DNA of 64,000 nucleotides. Source: an uncultured Streptococcus sp. (lineage in GTDB: Bacteria; Bacillota; Bacilli; Lactobacillales; Streptococcaceae). The stretch is from NCBI GenBank assembly GCA_963546055.1, contig CAUULS010000011.1, positions 2,421 to 66,420 of the forward strand. Direction: 5' to 3'. Position numbers and translations under genes: made by a program. The notes beneath the pieces are model-generated. The model saw only the letters and a list, made by a program, of their open reading frames with translations. It searched no databases and had not been told where the DNA came from. Below are positions 48,162-57,310 of this stretch, piece by piece; within the stretch, counting starts at the first letter, position 1, and every line of letters begins with the position of its first letter.

Positions 48162-49511
48162 TTATTCTCTGTTTAAAAATTGATCTAAGTAGTATCTCAG
48201 ATAACTTTTCTTCCCTGTGATTAGCGTCAGACGTCCTTCTGAACCGTAGCGGAGTTTTTCCGCCTGTTCAGAAGTTAGACCAGTCTCCGCCTCTATCTTA
48301 AAGAAATTTCCCTTTTCAGTCTTGGTAGCTGTCGCATCAATATTCGTAATGGCAGAAACAAGAACAAGCTCTTTATTGCCATCCTTGGTTGTAGTAAAGC
48401 GAACAGAATCACCTACTTTGAGTCCTGCAACATCTTTGGAACTGAGGTAAGCCGTGAGTTTGGTTTTACCCTCTCTTTCCAAAGACGGGTACAGTTGAGC
48501 GAGCAGAGTCCCCTCTGCAACCATGGTAGAATCACTGGCTTCAGGATTAAGGTGAAGCACACCGTCCTCGCTTGCTGTAATTTTCCCCTTGTCCAGCAGA
48601 CCTCCTTGGACTTTCTTACCAGACTCCGCCTCCAAAATTTTCTGATCTAGAAGAGTTAATTCCTGGCCTACTTTGACCAGGTGCTGGGACTTGAGGGATT
48701 CAAGCTGACTATCCAATCCACTTGCGTAGGCTTGTTGAGCTCCAGATCCCGCATACTGTACACGATAAGTAGCTAAACTAGACTCTAGCTGGGCGATTTG
48801 TGCATCTACCTGTGCAATCACTTGCGATTTAGCTTGCGGATCTTCTCCAGCTTGGTTTTTATAGGTCTGATAAAAAGAATAGGCTGGATTCTGACTATCC
48901 AGTTGAGCTCCTGTTTCAATCGCCGACTTAGCTGTTTTGTAGTCTCGGATTTTAGCCTCTGTTTGGCTGATAAGATTGCCAATCTCGGCCTGACTCTGAC
49001 TTGCTGCCGCATTTTGAGAGGAGATGCTGGCATTTTGCTGAGAAACATTACTCCTAAGACTACTAGCTTGGCTGAGATAGTCTCGAAACATCTCCTGATA
49101 ACCAAACTTATCCGCCTCTGGAAATTGATCACTCCCCTCTTTCAAACTGGATTGCAAATAACCCAACTGCTTTTTTTGATCCTTTAACATCTCCAACTGA
49201 TTGGCGTATGCTTCAGCTTGAACAGCTTCCGCCCCTTGCTGGTACTGAACGAGTAGATCACCCTGCTTGACTAGTTTGTTCTCTTCTAGATAATTGGCCA
49301 CAATACGTTGATTGCTAGTCGACTGGATGTTGGCAATAACCCGACTAGGTTCGACAGTCGCTCTGGTAGACAAACTAATCTCTTTCTCTGCAAAAGTTGC
49401 AAATCCTAACAGAAACACGACCAGAAGCGACATGGGTACAATCACCCGACTGGAAAAATTATGGTAACGACGATGGTAAAACTCCGCACTTTCTAAAAAT
49501 TCTGGTTTCAT
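48162..49511 (-). CDS. comB: Competence peptide export accessory protein
   Basis: [13 protein letters not shown]-terminus, membrane-fusion-protein architecture, located between comA and purC. Confidence 0.93.
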   Translation of the reverse strand: MKPEFLESAEFYHRRYHNFSSRVIVPMSLLVVFLLGFATFAEKEISLSTRATVEPSRVIANIQSTSNQRIVANYLEENKLVKQGDLLVQYQQGAEAVQAEAYANQLEMLKDQKKQLGYLQSSLKEGSDQFPEADKFGYQEMFRDYLSQASSLRSNVSQQNASISSQNAAASQSQAEIGNLISQTEAKIRDYKTAKSAIETGAQLDSQNPAYSFYQTYKNQAGEDPQAKSQVIAQVDAQIAQLESSLATYRVQYAGSGAQQAYASGLDSQLESLKSQHLVKVGQELTLLDQKILEAESGKKVQGGLLDKGKITASEDGVLHLNPEASDSTMVAEGTLLAQLYPSLEREGKTKLTAYLSSKDVAGLKVGDSVRFTTTKDGNKELVLVSAITNIDATATKTEKGNFFKIEAETGLTSEQAEKLRYGSEGRLTLITGKKSYLRYYLDQFLNRE

Positions 49512-49523
49512 CTTCTCCTCTTT

Positions 49524-51677
49524 CTAGCTATTGACTAAATGGGCGTAAAATCCATCTCGAGCAAGCAAGTCTGCATGGTTGCCTTCTTCGACAATCTTGC
49601 CCTGATCCAAGACAACAACCTTCTCTGTCCTCTCAGCAATGGTCAAGCGGTGGGCGATGAAAATCAAGGTTTTGTCTAAAGCCATGAGATTATCCACGAT
49701 CCGCTTCTCTGTCAAGATATCCAGACTACTAGTCGCCTCGTCCAATATCAGAACAGGCGCATCCGTTAAAAGAGCACGCGCCAAAGCAATTCTCTGCCGT
49801 TGCCCCCCAGAAATACCTGCCCCATCCGAAGTCAATTCTGTCTGATAATTCAGCGGCATCCGCTCAATATCTTCTCGAATCTCAGCCAATTCAACTGCTC
49901 GTAAGATATCTTCCTGTGTCGTCCCTTCTTTGGCTCCAAGGAGAAGATTCTCCAAAATCGTTCCGTTAAAAACATAGGGCTGTTGAGGCAGATAGTTGAT
50001 GTACTGGCGCAAGACTTTTTTATCAATCTGATTGAGATTGACACCACCCAGACTAATCTCTCCCTGACTAGGGTCGTAGAAATTAACCATCATCTTGGCC
50101 AAGGTCGTCTTACCTGACCCTGAAATCCCCACAAAAGCTACCTTAGAGCCTTGGTTAATGGTCAAATTGATATCCGACAAGACATCTCGACCATAGCCAT
50201 ACTTATAGTGGACTTGCTTGAAGGTCATATCCCCTTTCATCATGCTCAAATCTTCGACCATTTTCTTCTCCTCAAACTCCGAAGCTACCAGATAAACCTC
50301 GTTCAGACGGTTATTGGCAACTTGCGCTGTCTGAAGTTTAGTTTGCAGGTTGATGATATTTTCCAAAGGATTGGTAAAGTAAACAAGCAAGGTATTATAG
50401 GTAATCAGCTGGCCCAAACTCATTTTTCCATCCATGACAAGCACTGCTCCCATCCAGAGAACGGCAACATTAAGCAGGAGCTGAGCAACTTTTTTCAGAG
50501 CCTTTTGTTGACTTTCTGCCCGACTGTAGGTAAAGGATTTTTTCAGATAAGCTACAAATTCCTTATCAATCTTTTGATAGCGTGAACTTTCACTGGTCAA
50601 GGACTTGATGGTCTCAATACCGTTGATGTCCTCGATGATAGAAGAAGATAGAACCGCATTAGCTTCCATGGTATCCCGATTCATCTTTTCAAAAGGCTTC
50701 ATAAAGGCAAAGATAATCACTGAATAGATGGGAAGTGCAAGCAGACTAATGAAAAAGAGCGTCATGTTCTGTGAAAATAGCACGAGCGAGATAATCAAAA
50801 TAGTCGACACATCTAAAAAGATAGACAAGATGGTCGAAGCTAGCGCATCGATGATACTATTAGCATCTGTAAAACGAGAAACGATTTCCCCTGTCCTGCG
50901 TGTCGCGAAAAAGGACATCGGCAGGTGGAAAACATGCTTGATGTAGGACAAAATCACATCGATGGACAGCCGTTGCCCCAAAACAAGTAAAAGGTATTCC
51001 TGGGCATAAGATAAAATCTGCTGGAGGATATAGACGATGACCAGCCCAATAGAGATGATGCCCAAGGTCGAACGCATCTGATCTGGCACGTAACTATCAA
51101 TGATAGACTGCAGATAATAAGAACCTACGATGTTAATCAAGGTCACCAAGAGTGTCGCTAAGACGATATTGGTAATCAAGCCACGCTGTTTGAGTAAGAT
51201 TGGCAAGAAGGATAGAAGCCCCTGTTTTTTCTCCTTATGGGGTTTATAGTCTGGAGACGGAGCCATAAAGAGACTAACCCCTGTCCATTCTTTCGCAAAT
51301 CGCTCACGGGAAATCTTAGTCAGCTTAACACTGGGATCTGGATCAGCGATATGGATTGTCTTCTTATCCTGACCTGTCACCACATAATAGTGGAGCAATT
51401 TCCCTTCCTTGAGCACATGGGCCACAAAAGGGAAGGTCAAATCAGGCAGATCAAAGAGCGTCATATCTGCCTTGATAGCCCGTGTTTCAAAACCAATCTC
51501 CTCTGCTACCTTTACAAGACCCAAAGCCGTCGTCCCATCCATAGTCGTCTTGGCTAATTCTCGCAAGTGAGCCAAAGAATAATAGCTACCATAGTAGCCA
51601 AAAACCATGGCTAATGAAGCCACGCCGCAATCCATCTGATCCACCTGGGGACGATAGTGCCTTTTCCCAAATTTCAT
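49524..51677 (-). CDS. comA: Peptidase C39-ABC transporter for double-glycine peptides
   Basis: MKFGKRHYRPQVDQMDCG, TM domain, GISGSGKT, ISGGQRQR and LDEATS. Confidence 0.95.
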   Translation of the reverse strand: MKFGKRHYRPQVDQMDCGVASLAMVFGYYGSYYSLAHLRELAKTTMDGTTALGLVKVAEEIGFETRAIKADMTLFDLPDLTFPFVAHVLKEGKLLHYYVVTGQDKKTIHIADPDPSVKLTKISRERFAKEWTGVSLFMAPSPDYKPHKEKKQGLLSFLPILLKQRGLITNIVLATLLVTLINIVGSYYLQSIIDSYVPDQMRSTLGIISIGLVIVYILQQILSYAQEYLLLVLGQRLSIDVILSYIKHVFHLPMSFFATRRTGEIVSRFTDANSIIDALASTILSIFLDVSTILIISLVLFSQNMTLFFISLLALPIYSVIIFAFMKPFEKMNRDTMEANAVLSSSIIEDINGIETIKSLTSESSRYQKIDKEFVAYLKKSFTYSRAESQQKALKKVAQLLLNVAVLWMGAVLVMDGKMSLGQLITYNTLLVYFTNPLENIINLQTKLQTAQVANNRLNEVYLVASEFEEKKMVEDLSMMKGDMTFKQVHYKYGYGRDVLSDINLTINQGSKVAFVGISGSGKTTLAKMMVNFYDPSQGEISLGGVNLNQIDKKVLRQYINYLPQQPYVFNGTILENLLLGAKEGTTQEDILRAVELAEIREDIERMPLNYQTELTSDGAGISGGQRQRIALARALLTDAPVLILDEATSSLDILTEKRIVDNLMALDKTLIFIAHRLTIAERTEKVVVLDQGKIVEEGNHADLLARDGFYAHLVNS

Positions 51678-51822
51678 ATCCATCTCCTTTTTTCTAATAA
51701 TCTCTTAAAAACTTTGTAAGATTATTTTAACTAAATAAGGATAAAACTAGGAAAATATTCCTGAATAAACTATTTTTACGCCTAAAACGCACTTTAAAAA
51801 GCATAAACTATCATTTAAATGT

Positions 51823-51847
51823 AAAAAAAGCAGAACAAAAGTTCTGC
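51823..51847 (-). terminator. Intrinsic terminator ending the bacteriocin cassette
   Basis: Minus strand GCAGAAC-TTTT-GTTCTGC-TTTTTTT. Confidence 0.75.
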
Positions 51848-51889
51848 CTGCTTAAAGTAACCGTTAAAAAATGAATGCCCAGAAATAAA

Positions 51890-52099
51890 TTATTCTGAAA
51901 TGATATTTTCTTCACTTCTATAAAGTAAAATAAATGTCATCAAGAATAATGAAAGCGTAGGTATGTCAAAATATCCAAACCATGTAGGTAGATTTATTTT
52001 ATTTACATCAGTCATGATTCTAATAATTAGATAAGCCATCGAGCTAAACAATATAGTGGTCTCTGGCCAAGCTTTTCGTAGTAATTGAACAACTTTCAT
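51890..52099 (-). CDS. Small two-TM protein, putative bacteriocin immunity
   Basis: Hydrophobic 69-aa ORF with GGAG RBS inside the bacteriocin cluster. Confidence 0.6.
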   Translation of the reverse strand: MKVVQLLRKAWPETTILFSSMAYLIIRIMTDVNKINLPTWFGYFDIPTLSLFLMTFILLYRSEENIISE

Positions 52100-52123
52100 C
52101 CCAAACTCCAATCTGATGTTCCA

Positions 52124-52312
52124 TCAATTCCCAATCTTACTTTCTTTTGTTTTGTACTTGTATCCTAGATAAAACAGACCAAGTAGAATCGGATAGGTTT
52201 CTGGATAAAACAAAGTATTGATTGGATTTTTCATAATCAAATACGTTGTGATGTAGATAATGAGTGATACGGTAAAATATCCCTCAGCAAAACCTAATAA
52301 GAATTTTTTCAT
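52124..52312 (-). CDS. Small two-TM protein, putative bacteriocin immunity
   Basis: 62 aa, two hydrophobic segments, basic tail. Confidence 0.6.
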   Translation of the reverse strand: MKKFLLGFAEGYFTVSLIIYITTYLIMKNPINTLFYPETYPILLGLFYLGYKYKTKESKIGN

Positions 52313-52393
52313 AGCAGATTCCTATTTTACCTGACAAGAAAGGCGGAAAAACTCCGCCATTTACATACGCAAAATCCTTTTGATTCAGATTCA

Positions 52394-52606
52394 TCATTTA
52401 TAGTTTTGATTATTTTTTGACAAATCTTTGCAAAAAATACCAAAATAGCCCGAAGCAAGCAAACCAACTAAAGTCCATTGCCAATCAAAGGATACTAACG
52501 AACCTGTACGAATCAGATGAAGCGCGAGATGCAAGCCGATTGCCAACAAAGGAATTATAGTGGCTAATTTAGGTAAGAGTGTATTGAGATTAAGGTTGTG
52601 ATTCAT
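52394..52606 (-). CDS. Small two-TM protein, putative bacteriocin immunity
   Basis: 70 aa, directly downstream of a double-glycine peptide. Confidence 0.62.
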   Translation of the reverse strand: MNHNLNLNTLLPKLATIIPLLAIGLHLALHLIRTGSLVSFDWQWTLVGLLASGYFGIFCKDLSKNNQNYK

Positions 52607-52644
52607 GACTAATTTCCTTACATACTTTATCCCAAATTTTTAGC

Positions 52645-52800
52645 TTAACGTCTACTTCCTAGATAACGCCCATACATATAAGAAGCGACTCCTAAAATAC
52701 CCCAAGCTATTGCTGTTGAAGTAGTAACAACGATACCTCCTTCAATAACAGATAAGTCTGCTTCTGTCATGATGTCAAATTTTTCATCCAGTTTTTTCAT
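52645..52800 (-). CDS. Class II double-glycine bacteriocin-like peptide (51 aa)
   Basis: Translated by hand: MKKLDEKFDIMTEADLSVIEGG|IVVTTSTAIAWGILGVASYMYGRYLGSRR; AAGGAG RBS. Confidence 0.85.
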   Translation of the reverse strand: MKKLDEKFDIMTEADLSVIEGGIVVTTSTAIAWGILGVASYMYGRYLGSRR

Positions 52801-52818
52801 TGTTTCATTCTCTCCTTT

Positions 52819-52917
52819 TTAAATAATACTAGCTAATTCAATAGCTATTCCAGCCAAAAATCCCACTATTCCCGAAATCGCTATAACACTTGCTACAAAT
52901 TATTGCGAAAAATTCAT
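52819..52917 (-). pseudogene. Interrupted small hydrophobic peptide gene
   Basis: MNFSQ*FVASVIAISGIVGFLAGIAIELASII*, with an in-frame TAA at codon 6. Confidence 0.4.
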
Positions 52918-53041
52918 TTCCTCTCTTCTATCCTTTTCATTTATAATCATTTAAATATAATCTTCAAGAATGAAGTTCTCATTTATAATTTGCTAAAAAT
53001 CTTTAAAAATATAAATTTCTAAAGATTCTCAAAACAATGTT

Positions 53042-53218
53042 TTATACTTTATTTTGAGATGTGCCCAAATAACTCATCATTAAAATAAGAATCGGAATCC
53101 ATAATTCTGAGCCTACATACTGATCAACTTTAAAGGGAATTACATTTAAATCACCCAGCACACAGAGTGCTCCAAAAATGATTAAAAGCACACCTATTAA
53201 ACTTTTTCGATTTTTCAT
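53042..53218 (-). CDS. Putative immunity protein (58 aa), CibC-like by position
   Basis: MKNRKSLIGVLLIIFGALCVLG...ELWIPILILMMSYLGTSQNKV; two TM segments, immediately after the bacteriocin pair. Confidence 0.7.
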   Translation of the reverse strand: MKNRKSLIGVLLIIFGALCVLGDLNVIPFKVDQYVGSELWIPILILMMSYLGTSQNKV

Positions 53219-53231
53219 ACCTAATCACTTT

Positions 53232-53390
53232 TTATCCAAACCTACGTTTTAAATCTTGCCCGATTAATCTACCGCCAAGGAAAATAGTCACTCCTATACC
53301 AATCGTAGCTAATGTGATCACGCCTCCATCAGTATTTATCAATTCGTCTTCTGTCAACTCTGACCAATTATTTAAATTATTCATATTCAT
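53232..53390 (-). CDS. Double-glycine bacteriocin peptide, CibB-like (52 aa)
   Basis: MNMNNLNNWSELTEDELINTDGG|VITLATIGIGVTIFLGGRLIGQDLKRRFG; AGGAGG RBS. Confidence 0.85.
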   Translation of the reverse strand: MNMNNLNNWSELTEDELINTDGGVITLATIGIGVTIFLGGRLIGQDLKRRFG

Positions 53391-53405
53391 TTTATCCTCC
53401 TATTA

Positions 53406-53549
53406 TCACATAAAGTATCCCCAAGCAATGCCGCCAATAAGTAAGATGCCTCCTACTACCACAGCGGTAACAGAACCCCCATCCACATCCATCAACTCTT
53501 CTTCTGTAAGAGCTACAAAGTTCTGTTCCATTTTGTCAAAGTTTGTCAT
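53406..53549 (-). CDS. Double-glycine bacteriocin peptide, CibA-like (47 aa)
   Basis: MTNFDKMEQNFVALTEEELMDVDGG|SVTAVVVGGILLIGGIAWGYFM; AAGGAG RBS. Confidence 0.85.
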   Translation of the reverse strand: MTNFDKMEQNFVALTEEELMDVDGGSVTAVVVGGILLIGGIAWGYFM

Positions 53550-53589
53550 CTTTTTTCTCCTTTATTTTTATTTTTTTAGTTTATGGTCT

Positions 53590-53640
53590 CTAGGCTTTAA
53601 ACCATTTTAAAAACCAGATTGGGTAAATTACTGAAATCAT
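53590..53640 (-). CDS. 16-aa leaderless peptide 3: MISVIYPIWFLKWFKA
   Basis: AAGGAG RBS at 53649-53654, SigX-like box upstream, paralogous to peptides 1 and 2. Confidence 0.75.
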   Translation of the reverse strand: MISVIYPIWFLKWFKA

Positions 53641-53673
53641 TTTCTTCTCTCCTTCCTTTTCTTCTCACTTATC

Positions 53674-53681
53674 TATTCGAG
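53674..53681 (-). promoter_or_regulatory. SigX/ComX-type box (CTCGAATA)
   Basis: Variant of TACGAATA, 33 nt upstream of the peptide 3 start. Confidence 0.6.
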
Positions 53682-53712
53682 AAGTAATTTAAAATGAACA
53701 AGTAAATTTCAT

Positions 53713-53763
53713 TTATTTCAAATACCATTTGATAAACCATGGCAATAAGATTGGTAAATACAT
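53713..53763 (-). CDS. 16-aa leaderless peptide 2: MYLPILLPWFIKWYLK
   Basis: AAGGAG RBS at 53772-53777; 12/16 residues identical to peptide 1, with four synonymous codon changes. Confidence 0.8.
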   Translation of the reverse strand: MYLPILLPWFIKWYLK

Positions 53764-53796
53764 CGCGTAATCTCCTTCCCTTTTTCCTTACCTATC

Positions 53797-53804
53797 TATT
53801 CGAA
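53797..53804 (-). promoter_or_regulatory. SigX/ComX-type box (TTCGAATA)
   Basis: Same octamer as upstream of dut-radA, with a T-rich 5' flank. Confidence 0.7.
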
Positions 53805-53836
53805 AAACAATTCGAAAATGAACAACTTATTCATTT

Positions 53837-53887
53837 TTATTTTAAAAACCACTTGATTAACCATGGATACAAGATTGGCATGTACAT
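53837..53887 (-). CDS. 16-aa leaderless peptide 1: MYMPILYPWLIKWFLK
   Basis: AGGAGG RBS at 53895-53900, 7 nt before ATG. Confidence 0.8.
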   Translation of the reverse strand: MYMPILYPWLIKWFLK

Positions 53888-53919
53888 GAACGTTCCTCCT
53901 TTTTTCTTTCTCATCTCTT

Positions 53920-53927
53920 TATTCGCA
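53920..53927 (-). promoter_or_regulatory. SigX/ComX-type box (TGCGAATA)
   Basis: One mismatch to TACGAATA, 32 nt upstream of the peptide 1 start. Confidence 0.7.
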
Positions 53928-53961
53928 ATTTCTACTAAAAGTTTCTCTTTTTTCTGCAAAC

Positions 53962-53992
53962 AAAAAAACAACATGACTTGCATGTTGCTTTT
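53962..53992 (-). terminator. Intrinsic terminator after acp
   Basis: CAACATG-ACTTG-CATGTTG stem followed by a T run on the minus strand. Confidence 0.7.
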
Positions 53993-53994
53993 GG

Positions 53995-54231
53995 CTATAT
54001 TTTACCTTTAATAATTGCTACCACATCTGCCACACTTTGAAGTTGGTCAATTTCCTCATCACTGATTTCGATACCAAATTCATCTTCTAGCGTCAAGACA
54101 AACTCCATCAAGTCCACTGAGTCTGCATCGAGATCGTCTTTCAAACTCAAGGTTTCTGTTACGACAAAGTCCTCTCCCTGTCGTTCTTGGATAATGGTTA
54201 CAATACGGTCAAAAATTTCTTTTTCTGTCAT
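53995..54231 (-). CDS. acpP: Acyl carrier protein (plsX-linked)
   Basis: DLDADSVDLMEFV phosphopantetheine site. Confidence 0.88.
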   Translation of the reverse strand: MTEKEIFDRIVTIIQERQGEDFVVTETLSLKDDLDADSVDLMEFVLTLEDEFGIEISDEEIDQLQSVADVVAIIKGKI

Positions 54232-54235
54232 CTTT

Positions 54236-55228
54236 TTATTCTCCTGAAAATTCACGCGCAGTTTGGGCAACTACGTCTGTTTCTAGCATGGTACGAATCT
54301 GGCGAATCGTACTGTACACAGCCTTGGCATCACTTGAGCCATGAGTCTTGACTACAGGTGCTTTGACACCAAACAAGACTGCCCCTCCAACATCTGAATA
54401 GTTGAGCTGCTTTTTCAAACCTTTAAGGCTATCCTTGAGAAGGAGAGCGCCAAGTTTTGCTCGAAACCCACCACCTGTGATAACCGTCTTGAGCAAGCCC
54501 ATGATCCCCATGGCTGTCCCTTCAATGGATTTGAGCACAGCGTTTCCCGTGAAACCATCTGTTACGACAACATCCGCAACGCCGTTCATCAGATCACGCG
54601 CTTCCACATTTCCGATAAAGTTCAAACTTTCATCAGCTACTAGCAAGTCGTACGTTTCCTTACGAAGCGGGTCTCCCTTGCTACTTTCTGTTCCGTTGTT
54701 GAGCAAACCAATACGCGGTTTTGCAATCCCACGAACATTCTTAGCATAAAAGGAGCCGAGAACAGCGTATTGATGCAGGTGCTGGACTGTGTTTTCTGCA
54801 TTGGCACCGAGGTCGAGCATGTCAAACCCTTTGCCATCGATAGTCGGCAAGGTAGACATGAGTCCAGGACGGTCGATATTCTTGATACGACCCACGATGA
54901 AGAATCCTGCCGCCAACAAGGCACCTGTGTTGCCTGCAGAGAGGACAGCGTCTGCTTCTCCCTCTTTGACTGCCTTGGCTGCTAATACCATACTGGCATT
55001 TTTCTTCTTACGGATAGCCTTTGTCGGCTCATCGTCTGAATCAATTTTTTCATCCGTATGGATAATGCTAACTCGCTCTGTCACTGTTAGATATTGCTTG
55101 ATTTTGCTTTCATCTCCGTAAAGTTGAATCTCAATATCTGAAAAGTCAGCTAGGGCTTGATTGACCCCCTCAACGATGGCCTGAGGTGCGTAATCGCCCC
55201 CCATGGCATCTACTGCGATTTTTTTCAT
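54236..55228 (-). CDS. plsX: Phosphate acyltransferase
   Basis: [20 protein letters not shown] and DGFTGN motifs. Confidence 0.96.
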   Translation of the reverse strand: MKKIAVDAMGGDYAPQAIVEGVNQALADFSDIEIQLYGDESKIKQYLTVTERVSIIHTDEKIDSDDEPTKAIRKKKNASMVLAAKAVKEGEADAVLSAGNTGALLAAGFFIVGRIKNIDRPGLMSTLPTIDGKGFDMLDLGANAENTVQHLHQYAVLGSFYAKNVRGIAKPRIGLLNNGTESSKGDPLRKETYDLLVADESLNFIGNVEARDLMNGVADVVVTDGFTGNAVLKSIEGTAMGIMGLLKTVITGGGFRAKLGALLLKDSLKGLKKQLNYSDVGGAVLFGVKAPVVKTHGSSDAKAVYSTIRQIRTMLETDVVAQTAREFSGE

Positions 55229-55995
55229 TCGTCTTCCTCTTTTAGTAATTGTCCCCAGTCGGCTAGGGAATCAATAAATTTCTTTGATTTTAGATGAATC
55301 CCTACGTATTCTTCGTAGAGTTGATCCATAAATTGGCGTAGCTCTTGCTTGATTTCAGGCTTGAGCGAAATAGTCTCCAAGGTTTCAAAATCAATGGCTT
55401 GAAATTGATTGAGCAGATAGGGGATGTTGGGATTCAGATGGCAACGTCTCTCATCTTCATGATAATGCTCTGGGCAAAGGCAGGCTCCATATTTAAAAGA
55501 AAAGTCAAAGGCCTGACCCACCCGATGGCAAAAGACACACTCATTAAAATTAAGGCTGATTCCAAATCGGGTCAAGATTTGAATTTCAAAAATATTGGTC
55601 AAAACCTGATAATCTAAACCCTCTTCCATCAACTCTAGAGTCTTTCTCAAGAAGGCAAACAAGGGAGCATCCTGCTGATTATCCTGTAAACTAGCATCTG
55701 CAAGAGCCGCAACATAAGTCGCATAAGCCATGACAAAGAGGTCGCTATTGATCTTGGGAAAGGTCATGACCTCATGATAGTCCTCAATGTAACTGAGTCC
55801 GTCATCATTGATTCGCAGGAGAAAACGAGCTAGTACCAAGGGCTGAATAACCGGAGCTAGTTTAGATTGACCAGCGTGTTTGACGAAAAACATGCGCTTC
55901 CCAGCCTGCTCGGTAAAGATCTTGACTAGCTTATCATCCTCCCGAAAGTTGCGATTGTAGAGCACCAAGCCTTGACTCGTGATAGACTGAATCAT
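55225..55995 (-). CDS. recO: DNA repair protein RecO
   Basis: [16 protein letters not shown]...CLCPEH zinc finger, LKSKKF. Confidence 0.95.
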   Translation of the reverse strand: MIQSITSQGLVLYNRNFREDDKLVKIFTEQAGKRMFFVKHAGQSKLAPVIQPLVLARFLLRINDDGLSYIEDYHEVMTFPKINSDLFVMAYATYVAALADASLQDNQQDAPLFAFLRKTLELMEEGLDYQVLTNIFEIQILTRFGISLNFNECVFCHRVGQAFDFSFKYGACLCPEHYHEDERRCHLNPNIPYLLNQFQAIDFETLETISLKPEIKQELRQFMDQLYEEYVGIHLKSKKFIDSLADWGQLLKEEDE

Positions 55996-57161
55996 GCTTC
56001 TCTCATGTACTCCTCAAGTCGTTTCATGGCCTCTCTGATTGTTTCCATGCTGGCTGCATAAGACAGACGCACATAGCCTTCTCCGTAACGCCCAAAGGCG
56101 GCACCAGAGATAAAGGCAACAGCCTTCTTCTGAGCAAAATCCTTCAGAAAAGCAAAGGAGTCTTGATTGTAACCCTCTGGAATCTTAGCAAAGATATAGA
56201 AGGCCCCATCTGGTTTGATAATTTCAAAACCAAGAGCAGTCATCTTCTCGATGATGTAATCTCGACGCTGGATGTATTCCTTCTTCATAGGCTCCGCATC
56301 GTTTTTACCAGCGGTCAAGGCTTCTACTGCAGCATGTTGAGCCATGGTATTTGCAGCAGTAACCAAATATTGGTGACTCTTGATTAACTGAGCTGTGAAA
56401 GCTGCAGGAGCAAAGATAAAGCCTAAACGCCAACCTGTCATGGCATGAGACTTAGATAAACCATTGATAATAATAGCCTGATCTCTCAACATTGTTCCCA
56501 GAGATACATGGGCTTCGCCTGTGTAGGTCAATTCTGAGTAAACCTCATCACAGACGACGAAAATCTCATACTTACGTAAAACGTCTGCCAAAGCCTCCAA
56601 CTGCTCTCGACTATAGGTAATTCCTGTCGGATTGGCTGGATAGTTGAGAATAACTGCTTTGAGTTTGTCACCTTGCTCCAAAATAGCCTTTTCCAACATC
56701 TCAGGAGTCAAGACAAAACCATTTTCAGTTGTATCAATCTCGACAATCTCTGCCCCAACTAGATTGACAATTGGCTCATAACCTGGATAGGCAGGAGCTG
56801 GCAAGAGTACCTTGTCTCCCTCTTCCAAAATAGCAGTCAAAGTAGCAGATAAAGCCTCTGTCGCCCCAATAGTGACCAAGATTTCATTTTCAGGATTGTA
56901 GTCCAACTGATATTTTTCCTTAACAAAGTCACTGGCTGCCTGACGTAGAGTCAGTAGACCACTCATCCCTGTATAGTAGGATTGGTTCTGGTCAATTGCT
57001 CGCTTGGCTGCTTCCTTGACATGATCTGGCGTTGTGAAATCAGGTTCCCCCAAGGTCAAACGCAAGACCCCAGGAATCTCTGAAATAGCCTGGTCAAACT
57101 GACGAATCAAGGACACTTGAATCTTATCTAACTGTTTATTAAAGCGCTTAGTTAAGTCCAT
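55992..57161 (-). CDS. PLP-dependent class I aminotransferase
   Basis: [17 protein letters not shown] and [12 protein letters not shown] motifs. Confidence 0.92.
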   Translation of the reverse strand: MDLTKRFNKQLDKIQVSLIRQFDQAISEIPGVLRLTLGEPDFTTPDHVKEAAKRAIDQNQSYYTGMSGLLTLRQAASDFVKEKYQLDYNPENEILVTIGATEALSATLTAILEEGDKVLLPAPAYPGYEPIVNLVGAEIVEIDTTENGFVLTPEMLEKAILEQGDKLKAVILNYPANPTGITYSREQLEALADVLRKYEIFVVCDEVYSELTYTGEAHVSLGTMLRDQAIIINGLSKSHAMTGWRLGFIFAPAAFTAQLIKSHQYLVTAANTMAQHAAVEALTAGKNDAEPMKKEYIQRRDYIIEKMTALGFEIIKPDGAFYIFAKIPEGYNQDSFAFLKDFAQKKAVAFISGAAFGRYGEGYVRLSYAASMETIREAMKRLEEYMREA

Positions 57162-57310
57162 AGACACCTCCTACTTTCAAAACGTATCTCTATTATACTA
57201 CAAAAGCTCCCTGACCGCAAAATCCATCCGAAACCGACAATTTTCACTTTCTATTTTACTTTTTTTCTCGACAGGACTATAATAATAAGTGCTTATTTTC
57301 GGAGGTTTAT

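Noticed and set aside
52998..53027. AATCTTTA-N14-TAAAGATT inverted repeat, loosely like one at 51696-51726
   Set aside because: Very AT-rich context with different arms and spacing; cannot be told from chance.
53314..53610. 98-aa plus-strand ORF
   Set aside because: Antisense to the two GG-leader peptides, which have clear RBSs.
53590..53927. The ~124-bp periodic units as a CRISPR array
   Set aside because: Units are divergent with no identical repeats or unique spacers, no cas genes are present, and conservation follows codons.
53739..54011. 90-aa plus-strand ORF
   Set aside because: Antisense to the micropeptide units; no RBS, and all promoter and RBS signals point to the minus strand.
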